Shown here: in pieces, positions 8,064 through 17,353 of the stretch
How the letters are laid out: each line of letters opens with the position of its first letter
Numbering within the stretch: the first letter of the stretch is position 1
Assembly: GCA_964391975.1 (NCBI GenBank)
Contig: CAYMNZ010000003.1
Location: 1 to 49,448, forward strand
Length of the DNA stretch: 49,448 nucleotides
Source of the DNA: an uncultured Candidatus Saccharibacteria bacterium
GTDB taxonomy: Bacteria; Patescibacteriota; Minisyncoccia; Phycocordibacterales; Phycocordibacteraceae
Direction of reading: 5' to 3'
The notes under the pieces: generated by a model
The model's input: the letters and a program-made list of their open reading frames with translations, nothing else
Told to the model about the DNA's origin: nothing
The model's database searches: none
Made by a program: the position numbers and the translations under genes

Positions 8064-9465
8064 ATACGCACTTATCGCTGCCGCGCTTTGCGGACTGTTT
8101 CCTGTAGCTGCGGATGCCGCCGTACGTGTGAACGAGATTGCGTGGATGGGTACCGACCTCGGAGGCGCGAACTGCGAATGGATTGAGCTCTACAACTCTG
8201 ACGCTGTCGTTGTTGACCTCTCGAGTTGGAGCATTGTCATCACGAATGCGGGAAGCGCGACGCCCAAGACGCTTGACCTTGGGGAGGACGCGAGTGTGAA
8301 GTACACCGGGATTGCGGGGAACGGGTTCTATGTTGTTGCGCGCAACACGGGGTCGTGCCCGTCGCTTGCACCAGGGCTGACGGCTGATTGGGTCGGGAGT
8401 TTCGGGAATGGCATTTCAAACAATGGAGCGAAGATAGAACTCTTCAATGGCATCGAGCTCGTTGATTCCGTAAGCTCGCTTTCGGGTTGGACAGTCTCTG
8501 GAGGGAAGGGAGGGAAGAATGACTCAGGAGAAGCTAAACAAACACCGCAGTATTCCGCAGGCAGCTGGATTACCGCCGTTCCAACACCACGCACCTTGAA
8601 TGCTTCTGCCCCAGTTGAGACCATTCCTGACGAAGAGGAAACAGACCCAGAGGCTCCTGTCGTTACAGTGGGGGGAACGACTCCTACAACCCCAGCAGCA
8701 AGCCCACTCATTAAGCTTTATCTTGATCCTGGTCCTGACCGTATTGTTTCTGTTGGAGCTGACACTCCGTATACCGCTACGGTCTACGACGGTACCGGGA
8801 AATTGCGACCGGATGCAGACGTCTCTTGGAACTTTGGTGATGGAGGGAGGAAGAGTGGCCGGTCTGTTACCTACGCGTATCGAGAGGCGGGGGAGTATCA
8901 CATGACCGTGCGTGCCAAGACTAGGGATCGCTCTACAATCGCTATGCTCACCATTGTGGCGTCGCCTGCGGAAGTCGCGATAGAAGAGGTTTCGGACCGA
9001 GGCATTGTGCTTGCCAACGGAAGCGACCGCATGCTCGACCTCTCGTCGTGGCGGTTGTCTTCCGGCAGGAAGAAGTTCGTCCTTCCTGAAGACACGGTTA
9101 TCCCGCCTGGAGCCTCGGTGCTGTTGCCTGCAGTCGTTACTGCGTTGCCCACCTCAAGCGCTCCCAAGCTTCTTTTCCCTAACGGCACGTTTGCGGTTGC
9201 CTACGAGGTGCAACCTGAGGTCGCCGGGGCGAGTATAGAAAAGGTACAGGAGGTCGTGCCTGTCCCGAAAGCCTCGGTAATTGTTCCCTCATATGCCGAA
9301 GACTCATACGCCCCCGTTGCGGTAGCCGACGCTCCCGTGGCGGGGGCGGCGTTGCCGCAGACCGGGAACGTATTTCTTAAGGGTGAGTACACTCCCTCGC
9401 TCTGGGGCATCGGGACGCTCGTCGAGGGCATCCTTGCTTCCGTTGCCTCATTCATCGTACGCTGA
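8056..9465 (+). CDS. Cell-surface protein: signal peptide, lamin-tail domain (LTD), PKD-like domain, second LTD-like region, LPQTG sorting signal
   Basis: Start moved to ATG 8056 (signal peptide MYKYALIAAALCGLFPVAADA); it overlaps the upstream stop (ATGTATAA). LTD signature VRVNEIAWMG…CEWIELYN…DLSSWSI. PKD signature VSWNFGDGG…YAYREAGEYHMTV. Second DLSSWRL motif. C-terminal LPQTG, then a hydrophobic stretch, then R. Confidence 0.75.
   Translation: MYKYALIAAALCGLFPVAADAAVRVNEIAWMGTDLGGANCEWIELYNSDAVVVDLSSWSIVITNAGSATPKTLDLGEDASVKYTGIAGNGFYVVARNTGSCPSLAPGLTADWVGSFGNGISNNGAKIELFNGIELVDSVSSLSGWTVSGGKGGKNDSGEAKQTPQYSAGSWITAVPTPRTLNASAPVETIPDEEETDPEAPVVTVGGTTPTTPAASPLIKLYLDPGPDRIVSVGADTPYTATVYDGTGKLRPDADVSWNFGDGGRKSGRSVTYAYREAGEYHMTVRAKTRDRSTIAMLTIVASPAEVAIEEVSDRGIVLANGSDRMLDLSSWRLSSGRKKFVLPEDTVIPPGASVLLPAVVTALPTSSAPKLLFPNGTFAVAYEVQPEVAGASIEKVQEVVPVPKASVIVPSYAEDSYAPVAVADAPVAGAALPQTGNVFLKGEYTPSLWGIGTLVEGILASVASFIVR
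9352..9366 (+). other. LPQTG sortase-type sorting motif within CDS 8056..9465
   Basis: TTG CCG CAG ACC GGG reads L-P-Q-T-G in frame. It is followed by 32 aa containing the hydrophobic LWGIGTLVEGILASVASFIV and a terminal Arg. Confidence 0.5.
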
Positions 9466-9469
9466 ACCT

Positions 9470-10894
9470 ATGTCTCTCATTCTCGTAACCGGTGGCGCGG
9501 GCTTTATCGGCTCGCACCTTTGCGAGCGCCTCAAGGACGCCGGGCACAGGGTGATTTCGCTCGACAACTACTTCACCGGGTCCCGGGATAACCATGTCTC
9601 AGGCGTTGAGTATAGAGAAGGGCACACCAAGGACATTGAGCGCCTTGTTCCCGAGTCTCCGGACCTAGTCTTTCATTTGGGCGAGTATTCCCGCACTGAA
9701 AAATCCTTTGAGGACGTGGAAACCGTATGGGACCTCAATACTGCAGGCACCTTCGCAGTGCTTGAGTTTGTACGGCGCCGAGGGGCCAAGATTGTATACG
9801 CAGGCTCCTCCACCAAGTTCGCTGACGGTGGGCTTGGGCGCGACCAGAGTCCGTATGCATGGAGCAAGGCCACCAACACCGAACTGGTTAAAAACTATGG
9901 CGAGTGGTTCGGTATCCCGTACGCCATCACCTATTTCTATAATGTGTATGGCCCTCGCGAGCGCGCGGGCGCATTCGGTACTGTCATTGAAATCTTTCGA
10001 CAGAGCTACCTCACAGGCCGTCCGCTTGGCGTAGTTGCTCCGGGAACGCAGGTGCGCAACTTTACCCATGTCGACGATATTGTCGACGGGCTTGTTCTTG
10101 TGGGAGAGAAGGGAGCCGGGGATGAGTTTGGGCTCGGCAACGACAGCTCCTACAGCATCAAAGAGGTTGCAGAGATGTTTGGAACTGAGCTTTTGATGCT
10201 TCCGGAGCGTCCTGGAAACCGTCAGACGTCAGAGGTGGATACGGCACGTGCTCGTGCGCTCGGGTGGGAAGCAAAGCGAGGCCTCGCCGACTATATACAG
10301 GCGTTCACGACCTCCACTCGTCCGATGGAAGTGAAGGGGAATCGGGTGCTCGTATTCTCAACTACCTATGCCCCCATTGAAGGCCCCGCAGAGTCCGCAC
10401 TGCGTGAGCTCATGGCTTCTATGCCTAACCTCTCCTTCGACATCATCACTACCCGCTACCGGAAGGATACTCAGGCTAAGGAAGCTATTGCGCCGAACGT
10501 CACCGTGTACCGTGCAGGTACTGGTACGTCCTTCGACAAGTTTCTTCTGCCGTTCCTTTCTGGTCACTACGTTCGCATGCTTAAGAAGGAGCATGAGTAC
10601 CTCTTTGCGTGGTCGGTGATGGCAAGTTATGCCGCCGCCGCCGCTCTCATACATCGTGGGAAGACACCACTGCTTGTTACGCTCGCTGACCAGAAACTTA
10701 CCTGGTACACCAAGCTCTTCCTTGGTCTTGTTATGCGCGGCGCTGACCAGGTGCATGCGTCAACTGCTCTCCAAGGTAAGCACGTCTCCTCACTTGAGAA
10801 GCGTACGAAAGGCAACCGCTCGATTGGAACAGGGGATACCTTCGCCAACGCGATTCGCTTTGCCTACAACACCATCCTTCTCAAAAAGAAATGA
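9470..10894 (+). CDS. Fusion: NAD-dependent sugar epimerase/dehydratase (SDR, UXS/GalE-like) + N-terminal half of a GT4-type glycosyltransferase
   Basis: Start ATG 9470 gives MSLILVTGGAGFIGSHL (GxxGxxG); the catalytic YAWSK (YxxxK) is present. From about 10340, NRVLVFSTTYAPIEGPAE… aligns with the N-terminus of the next gene (KRVLIFSLNYYPRFIGGAE…). It lacks the C-terminal E-x7-E half. Confidence 0.75.
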   Translation: MSLILVTGGAGFIGSHLCERLKDAGHRVISLDNYFTGSRDNHVSGVEYREGHTKDIERLVPESPDLVFHLGEYSRTEKSFEDVETVWDLNTAGTFAVLEFVRRRGAKIVYAGSSTKFADGGLGRDQSPYAWSKATNTELVKNYGEWFGIPYAITYFYNVYGPRERAGAFGTVIEIFRQSYLTGRPLGVVAPGTQVRNFTHVDDIVDGLVLVGEKGAGDEFGLGNDSSYSIKEVAEMFGTELLMLPERPGNRQTSEVDTARARALGWEAKRGLADYIQAFTTSTRPMEVKGNRVLVFSTTYAPIEGPAESALRELMASMPNLSFDIITTRYRKDTQAKEAIAPNVTVYRAGTGTSFDKFLLPFLSGHYVRMLKKEHEYLFAWSVMASYAAAAALIHRGKTPLLVTLADQKLTWYTKLFLGLVMRGADQVHASTALQGKHVSSLEKRTKGNRSIGTGDTFANAIRFAYNTILLKKK

Positions 10895-12096
10895 AACGCG
10901 TCCTTATCTTTTCTCTCAACTACTATCCTCGGTTCATCGGGGGAGCGGAGGTTGCCATAAAGGAAATCACCGACCGCATAGAAGACGTTGAGTTTCATAT
11001 GGTAACGCTTCGTTTTGACTCGAGTCTTCCCGAAGTCGAGAAGGTGGGGAACGTGCTTGTGCACCGCATCGGCTTCACGAAGAGGAATCCGAGTATCAGT
11101 GACCTGAGGCGCTTTCCACTCCACCTCAACAAGCACTACTTCCAGATCGCAGCAGCATTCAAGGCAATGTCGCTTCATCGCCTCTACCGCTACGACGGCA
11201 CTTGGGCGATGATGGCGCACTCTTGTGGCATTCCAGCAGGCATCTTCAAATTCTTCAATCCCAAGGTTCCGTATCTTCTTACGCTTCAAGAAGGTGACCC
11301 GCCTGAAGCCATTGAGCGGATGATGCGGCCGGTCTTTCCGTTGTTCCGCAATGCCTTCAGGAGCGCTGACTATCTGCAAGCGATATCCAATTTTCTCCTC
11401 GCTTGGGGCATGCACATGGGGTTTGGGGGGAAGGGAACGGTCATACCAAACGCAGTGAACACTGCGCACTTTGGAGCGAAGCCATCTGAGGATGTGGTGA
11501 TGCGAGAGAGCGCGCGCATTGGAAAGAAAGCGGGAGACGTGTTTCTTGTCACGACCTCACGCCTCGTACCGAAGAACGCAGTTGATACCGTCATTGAGGC
11601 GCTCCCGTCTCTTCCAGAGAACGTGCATTTCGTCGTGTACGGCATCGGGCCGGACGAGGATGCCTTAAAAGTGCTCGCCAATCGCCTCAAGGTGGCGCCC
11701 CGTGTTCATTTCATGGGACAGATAAGCCACGCAGATATGCCTTCTGCACTTCTCGCCTGCGACATCTTCATACGCCCTTCGCGCTCCGAAGGTATGGGCA
11801 ACTCCTTTGTGGAGGCTATGGCTGCAGGACGTCCGGTTATTGCCACCCAGGAAGGGGGCATCGCGGACTTTCTGTTTGACGCAAAGCGTAACCCGGAGAA
11901 AGAGACAACTGGATGGGCGGTGGATGCCGAGGCTCCTGAGCAGGTAGCGGAGGTGGTGAAGGAGATTCTTGGAAATCCCGAGCAGGTAACGAAGGTGATT
12001 GCGACTGCACGAAGGATGGCCGTTGAGAAATACGACTGGTCGCTCATCGCTCGTAACATGCAGGACCTCTTTCGCCGCATGCTCGCGATACACTAG
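10891..12096 (+). CDS. Glycosyltransferase, family 4 (GT-B)
   Basis: C-terminal donor-binding motif RPSRSEGMGNSFVEAMAAGRPVIATQEGGIADF. ATGA overlap with the upstream gene. Confidence 0.85.
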   Translation: MKRVLIFSLNYYPRFIGGAEVAIKEITDRIEDVEFHMVTLRFDSSLPEVEKVGNVLVHRIGFTKRNPSISDLRRFPLHLNKHYFQIAAAFKAMSLHRLYRYDGTWAMMAHSCGIPAGIFKFFNPKVPYLLTLQEGDPPEAIERMMRPVFPLFRNAFRSADYLQAISNFLLAWGMHMGFGGKGTVIPNAVNTAHFGAKPSEDVVMRESARIGKKAGDVFLVTTSRLVPKNAVDTVIEALPSLPENVHFVVYGIGPDEDALKVLANRLKVAPRVHFMGQISHADMPSALLACDIFIRPSRSEGMGNSFVEAMAAGRPVIATQEGGIADFLFDAKRNPEKETTGWAVDAEAPEQVAEVVKEILGNPEQVTKVIATARRMAVEKYDWSLIARNMQDLFRRMLAIH

Positions 12097-12100
12097 AGCT

Positions 12101-13195
12101 ATGAAGCTCGTCATCGCTACGCCGCTCTATCCTCCCGAGCCAGGTGGTCCCGCTACCTACACCAAACTTCTTGAAGAAGAACTTCCAAAAAAAGGAGTTG
12201 ACGTTGAAGTAGTGAAGTTTTCTCTGGTTCGCCATCTCCCAAAGCTCATCCGTCACATTGCGTACTATCGACGTGTTCTTGCTGCAGCAAAGGATGCTGA
12301 TGCGATTCTTGCACTCGATCCGGTTTCCGTTGGTGTGCCTGCGATGCACGCTGCGCACCGGACGAAGAAACCGTTCTATGTAAAAGTGGTGGGGGACTAT
12401 GCGTGGGAACAGGGGCGGCAGCGCGCGGGCGTCACCGCGTCACTTGATGAGTTCGTTCGCACACGACAACCCTCTTCCTTTGTACGCTTCTTGCAGCGGC
12501 AGCAGACGAAGGTTGCGAACGCTGCAACGCGCGTCATTGTACCGAGTGACTACTTAAAAAAGGTTGTAATGGCGTGGGGGATTCCGGAGGAGAAGATTTC
12601 CGTTATCTATAACGCGGTATCGGTCGAGCATATTGGTTCGGTTCCAGAAGCTGCCGCGGGGCTCGTACATCCGATGGTAGCTACCGTCGGTCGCCTCGTT
12701 CCCTGGAAAGGTATTCCTGGTCTTATTGATGCGATTGCGGCAGCGCGTGCCGCCGTTCCTACACTTTCTCTCGTCATCGTGGGTGATGGTCCTGCCCGCG
12801 CGGAACTTGAAACATACGCTAAGGCGAGACTGGTAAATCGATACACGTTTACCGGCCAACTCTCGCATGAAGATACGCTCGCGGTGATGCAAGCCGCAGA
12901 TGTTTTTGCGCTCAACACAGCGTACGAAGGGTTCTCACACGTGCTGCTTGAGGCGTCGATGCTCGGTATGCCGATTCTCACCACGCCGTCTGGTGGAAAC
13001 GTGGAGCTTCTTGAGAATGAAAAGACTGGCCTACTGGTTCCCGTGGATTCAGTTGAGGCGATGGCCGAGGCCCTGGCCCGCCTGGCAGGGGAGCCTGAAC
13101 TTAGGGAACGGCTTGGTAGCGCCGCTAAATTACGAGCTGAGACCTTGTTTGGGTCTGGTACCCTTATAGAGAAGCTGACTACGCTTCTTACATGA
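12101..13195 (+). CDS. Glycosyltransferase, family 4 (GT-B)
   Basis: Start ATG 12101 (MKLVIATPLYPPEPGGPATY). Motif NTAYEGFSHVLLEASMLGMPILTTPSGGNVELL. Confidence 0.85.
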   Translation: MKLVIATPLYPPEPGGPATYTKLLEEELPKKGVDVEVVKFSLVRHLPKLIRHIAYYRRVLAAAKDADAILALDPVSVGVPAMHAAHRTKKPFYVKVVGDYAWEQGRQRAGVTASLDEFVRTRQPSSFVRFLQRQQTKVANAATRVIVPSDYLKKVVMAWGIPEEKISVIYNAVSVEHIGSVPEAAAGLVHPMVATVGRLVPWKGIPGLIDAIAAARAAVPTLSLVIVGDGPARAELETYAKARLVNRYTFTGQLSHEDTLAVMQAADVFALNTAYEGFSHVLLEASMLGMPILTTPSGGNVELLENEKTGLLVPVDSVEAMAEALARLAGEPELRERLGSAAKLRAETLFGSGTLIEKLTTLLT

Positions 13196-14328
13196 AAGCT
13201 CTGTTTGTCTCGAATGATCGTGCGCTCTTTAATAAAGAGAGCGATGTCCGTGCCCGCATGCGTGCATACGCTGCAGCGATTGGAGAGCTGCACATTGTCT
13301 GCGCAACAGACCACTTCGGTACAGAAGAGGATGGACCACTTACGCTCCATGGCGTTCTGGTCCCACGTCTTCTTCGTGCAAATGTGTTGGCGGGGAAGAC
13401 GCGCGAGCTTATACAGAAGTTTGGTATTGAAATTGTCTCAGCACAGGATCCGTTTGAGCACGGTTGGGCAGCGATGAAGGGAGTGGAGGGCACCACTGCA
13501 AAGCTCCACATTCAGGTACACACTGATTTTCTTTCCCCTTGGTTCTTGCGCAGCGGGAACTGGCGCTCGCCCGAGGTCTCGCCACCATTTTTAAACCGCA
13601 TACGTCGACATCTGGCCGATCAGGTCCTTCCAAGAGCTCACGGTATCCGGGTGGTCTCAAACAGGGTCAAGGAGTCCCTCACGAAGCGCTATGGCAACCG
13701 GATCAAGGTTCCTACAGTTATACCCATAGGTGCGGGGACTGAGCTGCCTCCTGCGGTACCGCTGCCACCCCACAGTTTCAGTTTCGCCCTCATAACGGTC
13801 GGACGCCTTGAACCAGAGAAGTGTATTGAGGATATTCTCTACGCGCTCGCCCGGGCTGGGTACGAGTACCAGACGGTGGGACTTGTGATTGTGGGAGACG
13901 GCAGCGAACGGGGGAGGCTTGAGCGCATTGTGAAGCGATTGGGACTTACCGAGCGCGTGCTATTCGCCGGATGGCAGGAAGGGAAGGCGTGGGGCATGAT
14001 GCGAAGTGCGCAGGCGTACATCCAGGCAAGTGCATACGAAGGCTACGGCCGCACCTTAATTGAAGCTGCGCTCGCTGGAATTCCTATTATCACGACGGAT
14101 GTAGGAATTGTAGGAGACGTACTTGTGGGGTATGAGGATATACTCTCAGCTCCGGTAGGAGACCCAGCAGCACTTGCCACTCACATTAAAGGACTAGTAA
14201 ATGACCATCAGGCACGCAAGACATTCACAATGAATGCAGAGATGAAGGCTAAGGAGCATCTGGCAGGCATTGGGAGCCTCCCCGCGAGGATTGCGGACGA
14301 CCTTGCTCACACACTGACTTACGGGTAA
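13192..14328 (+). CDS. Glycosyltransferase, family 4 (GT-B)
   Basis: Motif ASAYEGYGRTLIEAALAGIPIITTDVGIVGDV. ATGA overlap with the upstream gene. Confidence 0.85.
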   Translation: MKALFVSNDRALFNKESDVRARMRAYAAAIGELHIVCATDHFGTEEDGPLTLHGVLVPRLLRANVLAGKTRELIQKFGIEIVSAQDPFEHGWAAMKGVEGTTAKLHIQVHTDFLSPWFLRSGNWRSPEVSPPFLNRIRRHLADQVLPRAHGIRVVSNRVKESLTKRYGNRIKVPTVIPIGAGTELPPAVPLPPHSFSFALITVGRLEPEKCIEDILYALARAGYEYQTVGLVIVGDGSERGRLERIVKRLGLTERVLFAGWQEGKAWGMMRSAQAYIQASAYEGYGRTLIEAALAGIPIITTDVGIVGDVLVGYEDILSAPVGDPAALATHIKGLVNDHQARKTFTMNAEMKAKEHLAGIGSLPARIADDLAHTLTYG

Positions 14329-14338
14329 TACTCTATTT

Positions 14339-15676
14339 ATGACTGAGAACGGCAGAAACTATTTTGGTACTGATGGCGTCCGAGGACGTGTTGGCGAGGC
14401 GCCGCTCACGGCGGACTTTGCGCTCAGGCTCGCTAACGCCGCTGCACGCGTGCTCGCACCTAAGGGAGGTCGTGCGCTCATTGGGAAGGACACACGTCTT
14501 TCAGGCTACATGTTCGAGTCAGCACTTGAAGCTGGGTTTGTAGCCGCAGGAGTGGATGTCATGCTCATCGGCCCGCTCCCAACTCCAGGGATTGCGTACA
14601 TGGCGCGGCACTTCGGCTGTGATTTTGGTGTGGTCATCAGCGCCTCGCATAACCGTTACGACGATAACGGGATTAAGTTCTTCGATAAGAACGGAGAGAA
14701 GCTTTCCGATGAACTCGAACAGAAGATTGAAGCACTTCTTGCTGAGGATCCTATTACGGTGAAGTCCGAGGACCTTGGGCGCGCTACACGTGTAGACAAG
14801 GATCGCGTGGTGTACCAGAAGTTCTGTGAGTCTACCGTTCCAGGCCTCGACCTCACTGGCATGAAGCTTGTCATTGATTGTGGCAACGGCGCAGCGTTCA
14901 AGGTAGGGCCGCGTGTCTTCTCAGATCTTGGGGCAGAAGTGATTCCCATTGGAACTGCGCCTAACGGCATAAATATTAATGATGGTTGCGGTGCGACGTC
15001 TCCGGAACTCATGCAGCTTTTGACGAAGGACGCGAAGGCTGTTGCCGGTATTGCTTTTGATGGCGATGGTGACCGCCTCATCATGTCGGACGCCGAGGGC
15101 ACTCGCGTCGATGGAGACCAACTCCTTTATATACTTGCACTTGCTAAGCAGGCAGACGGCACCCTTACGGGCCCCGTTGTTGGCACCCTCATGACTAACC
15201 TTGGGCTTGAGCTCGCGCTCGCTGAGAAGGGAATTGCGTTCAGGCGGGCGAAGGTGGGGGATCGTTATGTGCTCGACATGCTCCATACGGAAGGGGGAAC
15301 GCTCGGCGGGGAAGCGTCAGGGCACATGCTTATTCTTGATAAGACAACGACCGGTGATGCCATCGTTGCTGCTCTCCAAGTGCTCTCGGTGATGAAGAAG
15401 ACAGGGAAGAGTCTCACGGAGCTTGTGGGGGCAATGCAGAAGTTCCCACAGGTACTTTTGAATGTGGAAGTGAAGGAGCGGTTTGATCCACAGACAGTTC
15501 CTGCGATTGCTGATGCTGTAAAGAATGCAGAAGGAGTCCTCGGTCGTGAAGGGCGTGTGGTCTTGCGTGCTTCTGGCACGGAACCCTTGATTCGAGTGAT
15601 GGTCGAGGCGAGAGAGGAGAATGTTGCGAAGACTCAGGCGGATGCGATTGCTGACGCGGTTCGTGCAGCAGCATGA
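14339..15676 (+). CDS. glmM: Phosphoglucosamine mutase
   Basis: N-terminus YFGTDGVRG, phosphoserine loop SASHNRYDDNGIKFF, Mg site FDGDGDR, GEASGH sugar-binding loop. Length 445 aa. Confidence 0.92.
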   Translation: MTENGRNYFGTDGVRGRVGEAPLTADFALRLANAAARVLAPKGGRALIGKDTRLSGYMFESALEAGFVAAGVDVMLIGPLPTPGIAYMARHFGCDFGVVISASHNRYDDNGIKFFDKNGEKLSDELEQKIEALLAEDPITVKSEDLGRATRVDKDRVVYQKFCESTVPGLDLTGMKLVIDCGNGAAFKVGPRVFSDLGAEVIPIGTAPNGININDGCGATSPELMQLLTKDAKAVAGIAFDGDGDRLIMSDAEGTRVDGDQLLYILALAKQADGTLTGPVVGTLMTNLGLELALAEKGIAFRRAKVGDRYVLDMLHTEGGTLGGEASGHMLILDKTTTGDAIVAALQVLSVMKKTGKSLTELVGAMQKFPQVLLNVEVKERFDPQTVPAIADAVKNAEGVLGREGRVVLRASGTEPLIRVMVEAREENVAKTQADAIADAVRAAA

Positions 15677-16620
15677 GACTCCTCATTGTTACACAGGCGG
15701 TAGATGTACATGACCCCCTTCTGGGGTTCTTTCATCGATGGATTCAAGAGTTTGCGAAACAGGTCGAGCACGTTGAAGTCATTTGCTTGCGAGAAGGTGA
15801 ACATGCGCTTCCAGAAAATGTGCGTGTGCATGCGCTCGGAAAAGGAAAGCTACTTCGTGCCGTACGCTTCCTTGGTCTTGTGTTCTCGCTGCGTCGTAAA
15901 TACGATGCAGTCTTTGTGCACATGAATCCTGAGTATGTCGTGCTCGCTGGAAAGTTCTGGCGCTTTGCAGGGAAGCGCATTGGACTCTGGTACACCCACA
16001 AGAATGTAGATACGAAGCTACGAATCGCAGAAGCACTTACACATCATGTATTTACAGCATCGAAGGAAAGCTTCCGGCTCATCTCAAAGAAGCTACACGT
16101 GATGGGACATGGTATTGATACAGACTTCTTTATGCCAAGCGACAAGGTGCGCGAAGAGCATCTTCTTTCTGTGGGTCGTCTTATGCCAAGTAAGCGACAT
16201 GATCTTGCGATACGAACAGCGGTTACAGCAGGAAGGCCGCTACGCATCATTGGGGAAGGACCAGAGCATGCGAGTCTTGAGGCACTCGCAAAAGACGTGG
16301 GCGCTTCAGTAATGTTTCTTGGAGCTTTGACTCAGGACGCCGTCCGGAATGAATATCAGAGTGCGCACACGCTCCTCCATACAAGCGAGACCGGTAGCCT
16401 CGACAAGGTGGTGCTCGAAGCTCTTGCGTGCGGTACCCCAGTCGTCACAACGAGCGAAGCCTATCCGGATGCCCCTGTGTCCCACAGCCCAGCTGAGCCG
16501 TCTGCGCTCACCAACGCACTCGACGTCTCTACAGATGCTTCAGAGCGAGTAGCCTACGTTTGTCAGCACCACTCGCTCCCCAAACTGGTTCCAGCGATTC
16601 TGGCCGTGTATTCTCTATAA
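15673..16620 (+). CDS. Glycosyltransferase, GT4-like
   Basis: N-terminus MRLLIVTQAVDVHDPLLGFFHRW and donor-site-like TSETGSLDKVVLEALACGTPVVTT. ATGA overlap with glmM. Confidence 0.7.
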   Translation: MRLLIVTQAVDVHDPLLGFFHRWIQEFAKQVEHVEVICLREGEHALPENVRVHALGKGKLLRAVRFLGLVFSLRRKYDAVFVHMNPEYVVLAGKFWRFAGKRIGLWYTHKNVDTKLRIAEALTHHVFTASKESFRLISKKLHVMGHGIDTDFFMPSDKVREEHLLSVGRLMPSKRHDLAIRTAVTAGRPLRIIGEGPEHASLEALAKDVGASVMFLGALTQDAVRNEYQSAHTLLHTSETGSLDKVVLEALACGTPVVTTSEAYPDAPVSHSPAEPSALTNALDVSTDASERVAYVCQHHSLPKLVPAILAVYSL

Positions 16621-16627
16621 ATAAGGT

Positions 16628-17353
16628 ATGACTGACGCACACACATTCTATACAGAGCAGGTGGGAGAAGCGGTTGCCGGCGACTATGAAGCTGCACGCT
16701 GGAATACCTCCCCCCTTAAACGTGCCCAGTACGATATGACGAAAGAGGCAATTACACGCCATGCGCTCCCACTCTTTTCATCAGTGCCAAGTATTCTTGA
16801 GGTTGGTCCGGGTCCGGGAACGTGGACAAAACTTCTCATTAAGGAAAATCCAAAGGCGTCCCTTACACTTGTTGATCTTTCAAAAGATATGCTTGGCATG
16901 GCGCGTGAAGCGCTCATAGGGAACTCACAGATTTCTTTTGTTGAGAGCGATTTTCTCGCGTTTCCAACCAATGCGCAGTATGGTGGTTTCTTCTCTTCGC
17001 GTGCAATTGAATACTTTGATTATAAGAAAGCGGCAACGCATGTTGCCGCACTACTTATGCCTGGTGCGCCAGGCGTCATCATTACGAAAACGCCAAAACC
17101 GCTCTTCGATTTCCTCAAAAATCGTAGTTCGGGAATGCACACCACACAAATAGCACCGAGCGCGCTTACTAATGTACTTCGCTCTGAAGGATTCCTCGTT
17201 CGCAAGGTACGTATCGCTACCGCAACTGTCCCAGGCTTGGGAAGCCGAACGCTTAATATGCTCATGTTCCGCTTCCTCACAACTCTTCCGTTACCGCTCC
17301 TGTCTGTTTTCTCCGAGTCCTATATGGTCGTGTTCGAGAAGCCACGCACATGA
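16628..17353 (+). CDS. Class I SAM-dependent methyltransferase
   Basis: Motif I ILEVGPGPGTWT and a post-I acidic residue (LVDLS). Length 241 aa. Confidence 0.75.
   Translation: MTDAHTFYTEQVGEAVAGDYEAARWNTSPLKRAQYDMTKEAITRHALPLFSSVPSILEVGPGPGTWTKLLIKENPKASLTLVDLSKDMLGMAREALIGNSQISFVESDFLAFPTNAQYGGFFSSRAIEYFDYKKAATHVAALLMPGAPGVIITKTPKPLFDFLKNRSSGMHTTQIAPSALTNVLRSEGFLVRKVRIATATVPGLGSRTLNMLMFRFLTTLPLPLLSVFSESYMVVFEKPRT

Noticed and set aside
10864-13350. Minus-strand ORFs 10864..11469 (201 aa), 11665..12114 (149 aa) and 12607..13350 (247 aa).
   Set aside because: They are antisense to three GT4 genes that have clear E-x7-E donor motifs. Their translations lack motifs and are Arg/Ser/Ala-rich, as expected for antisense of GC3-rich genes.
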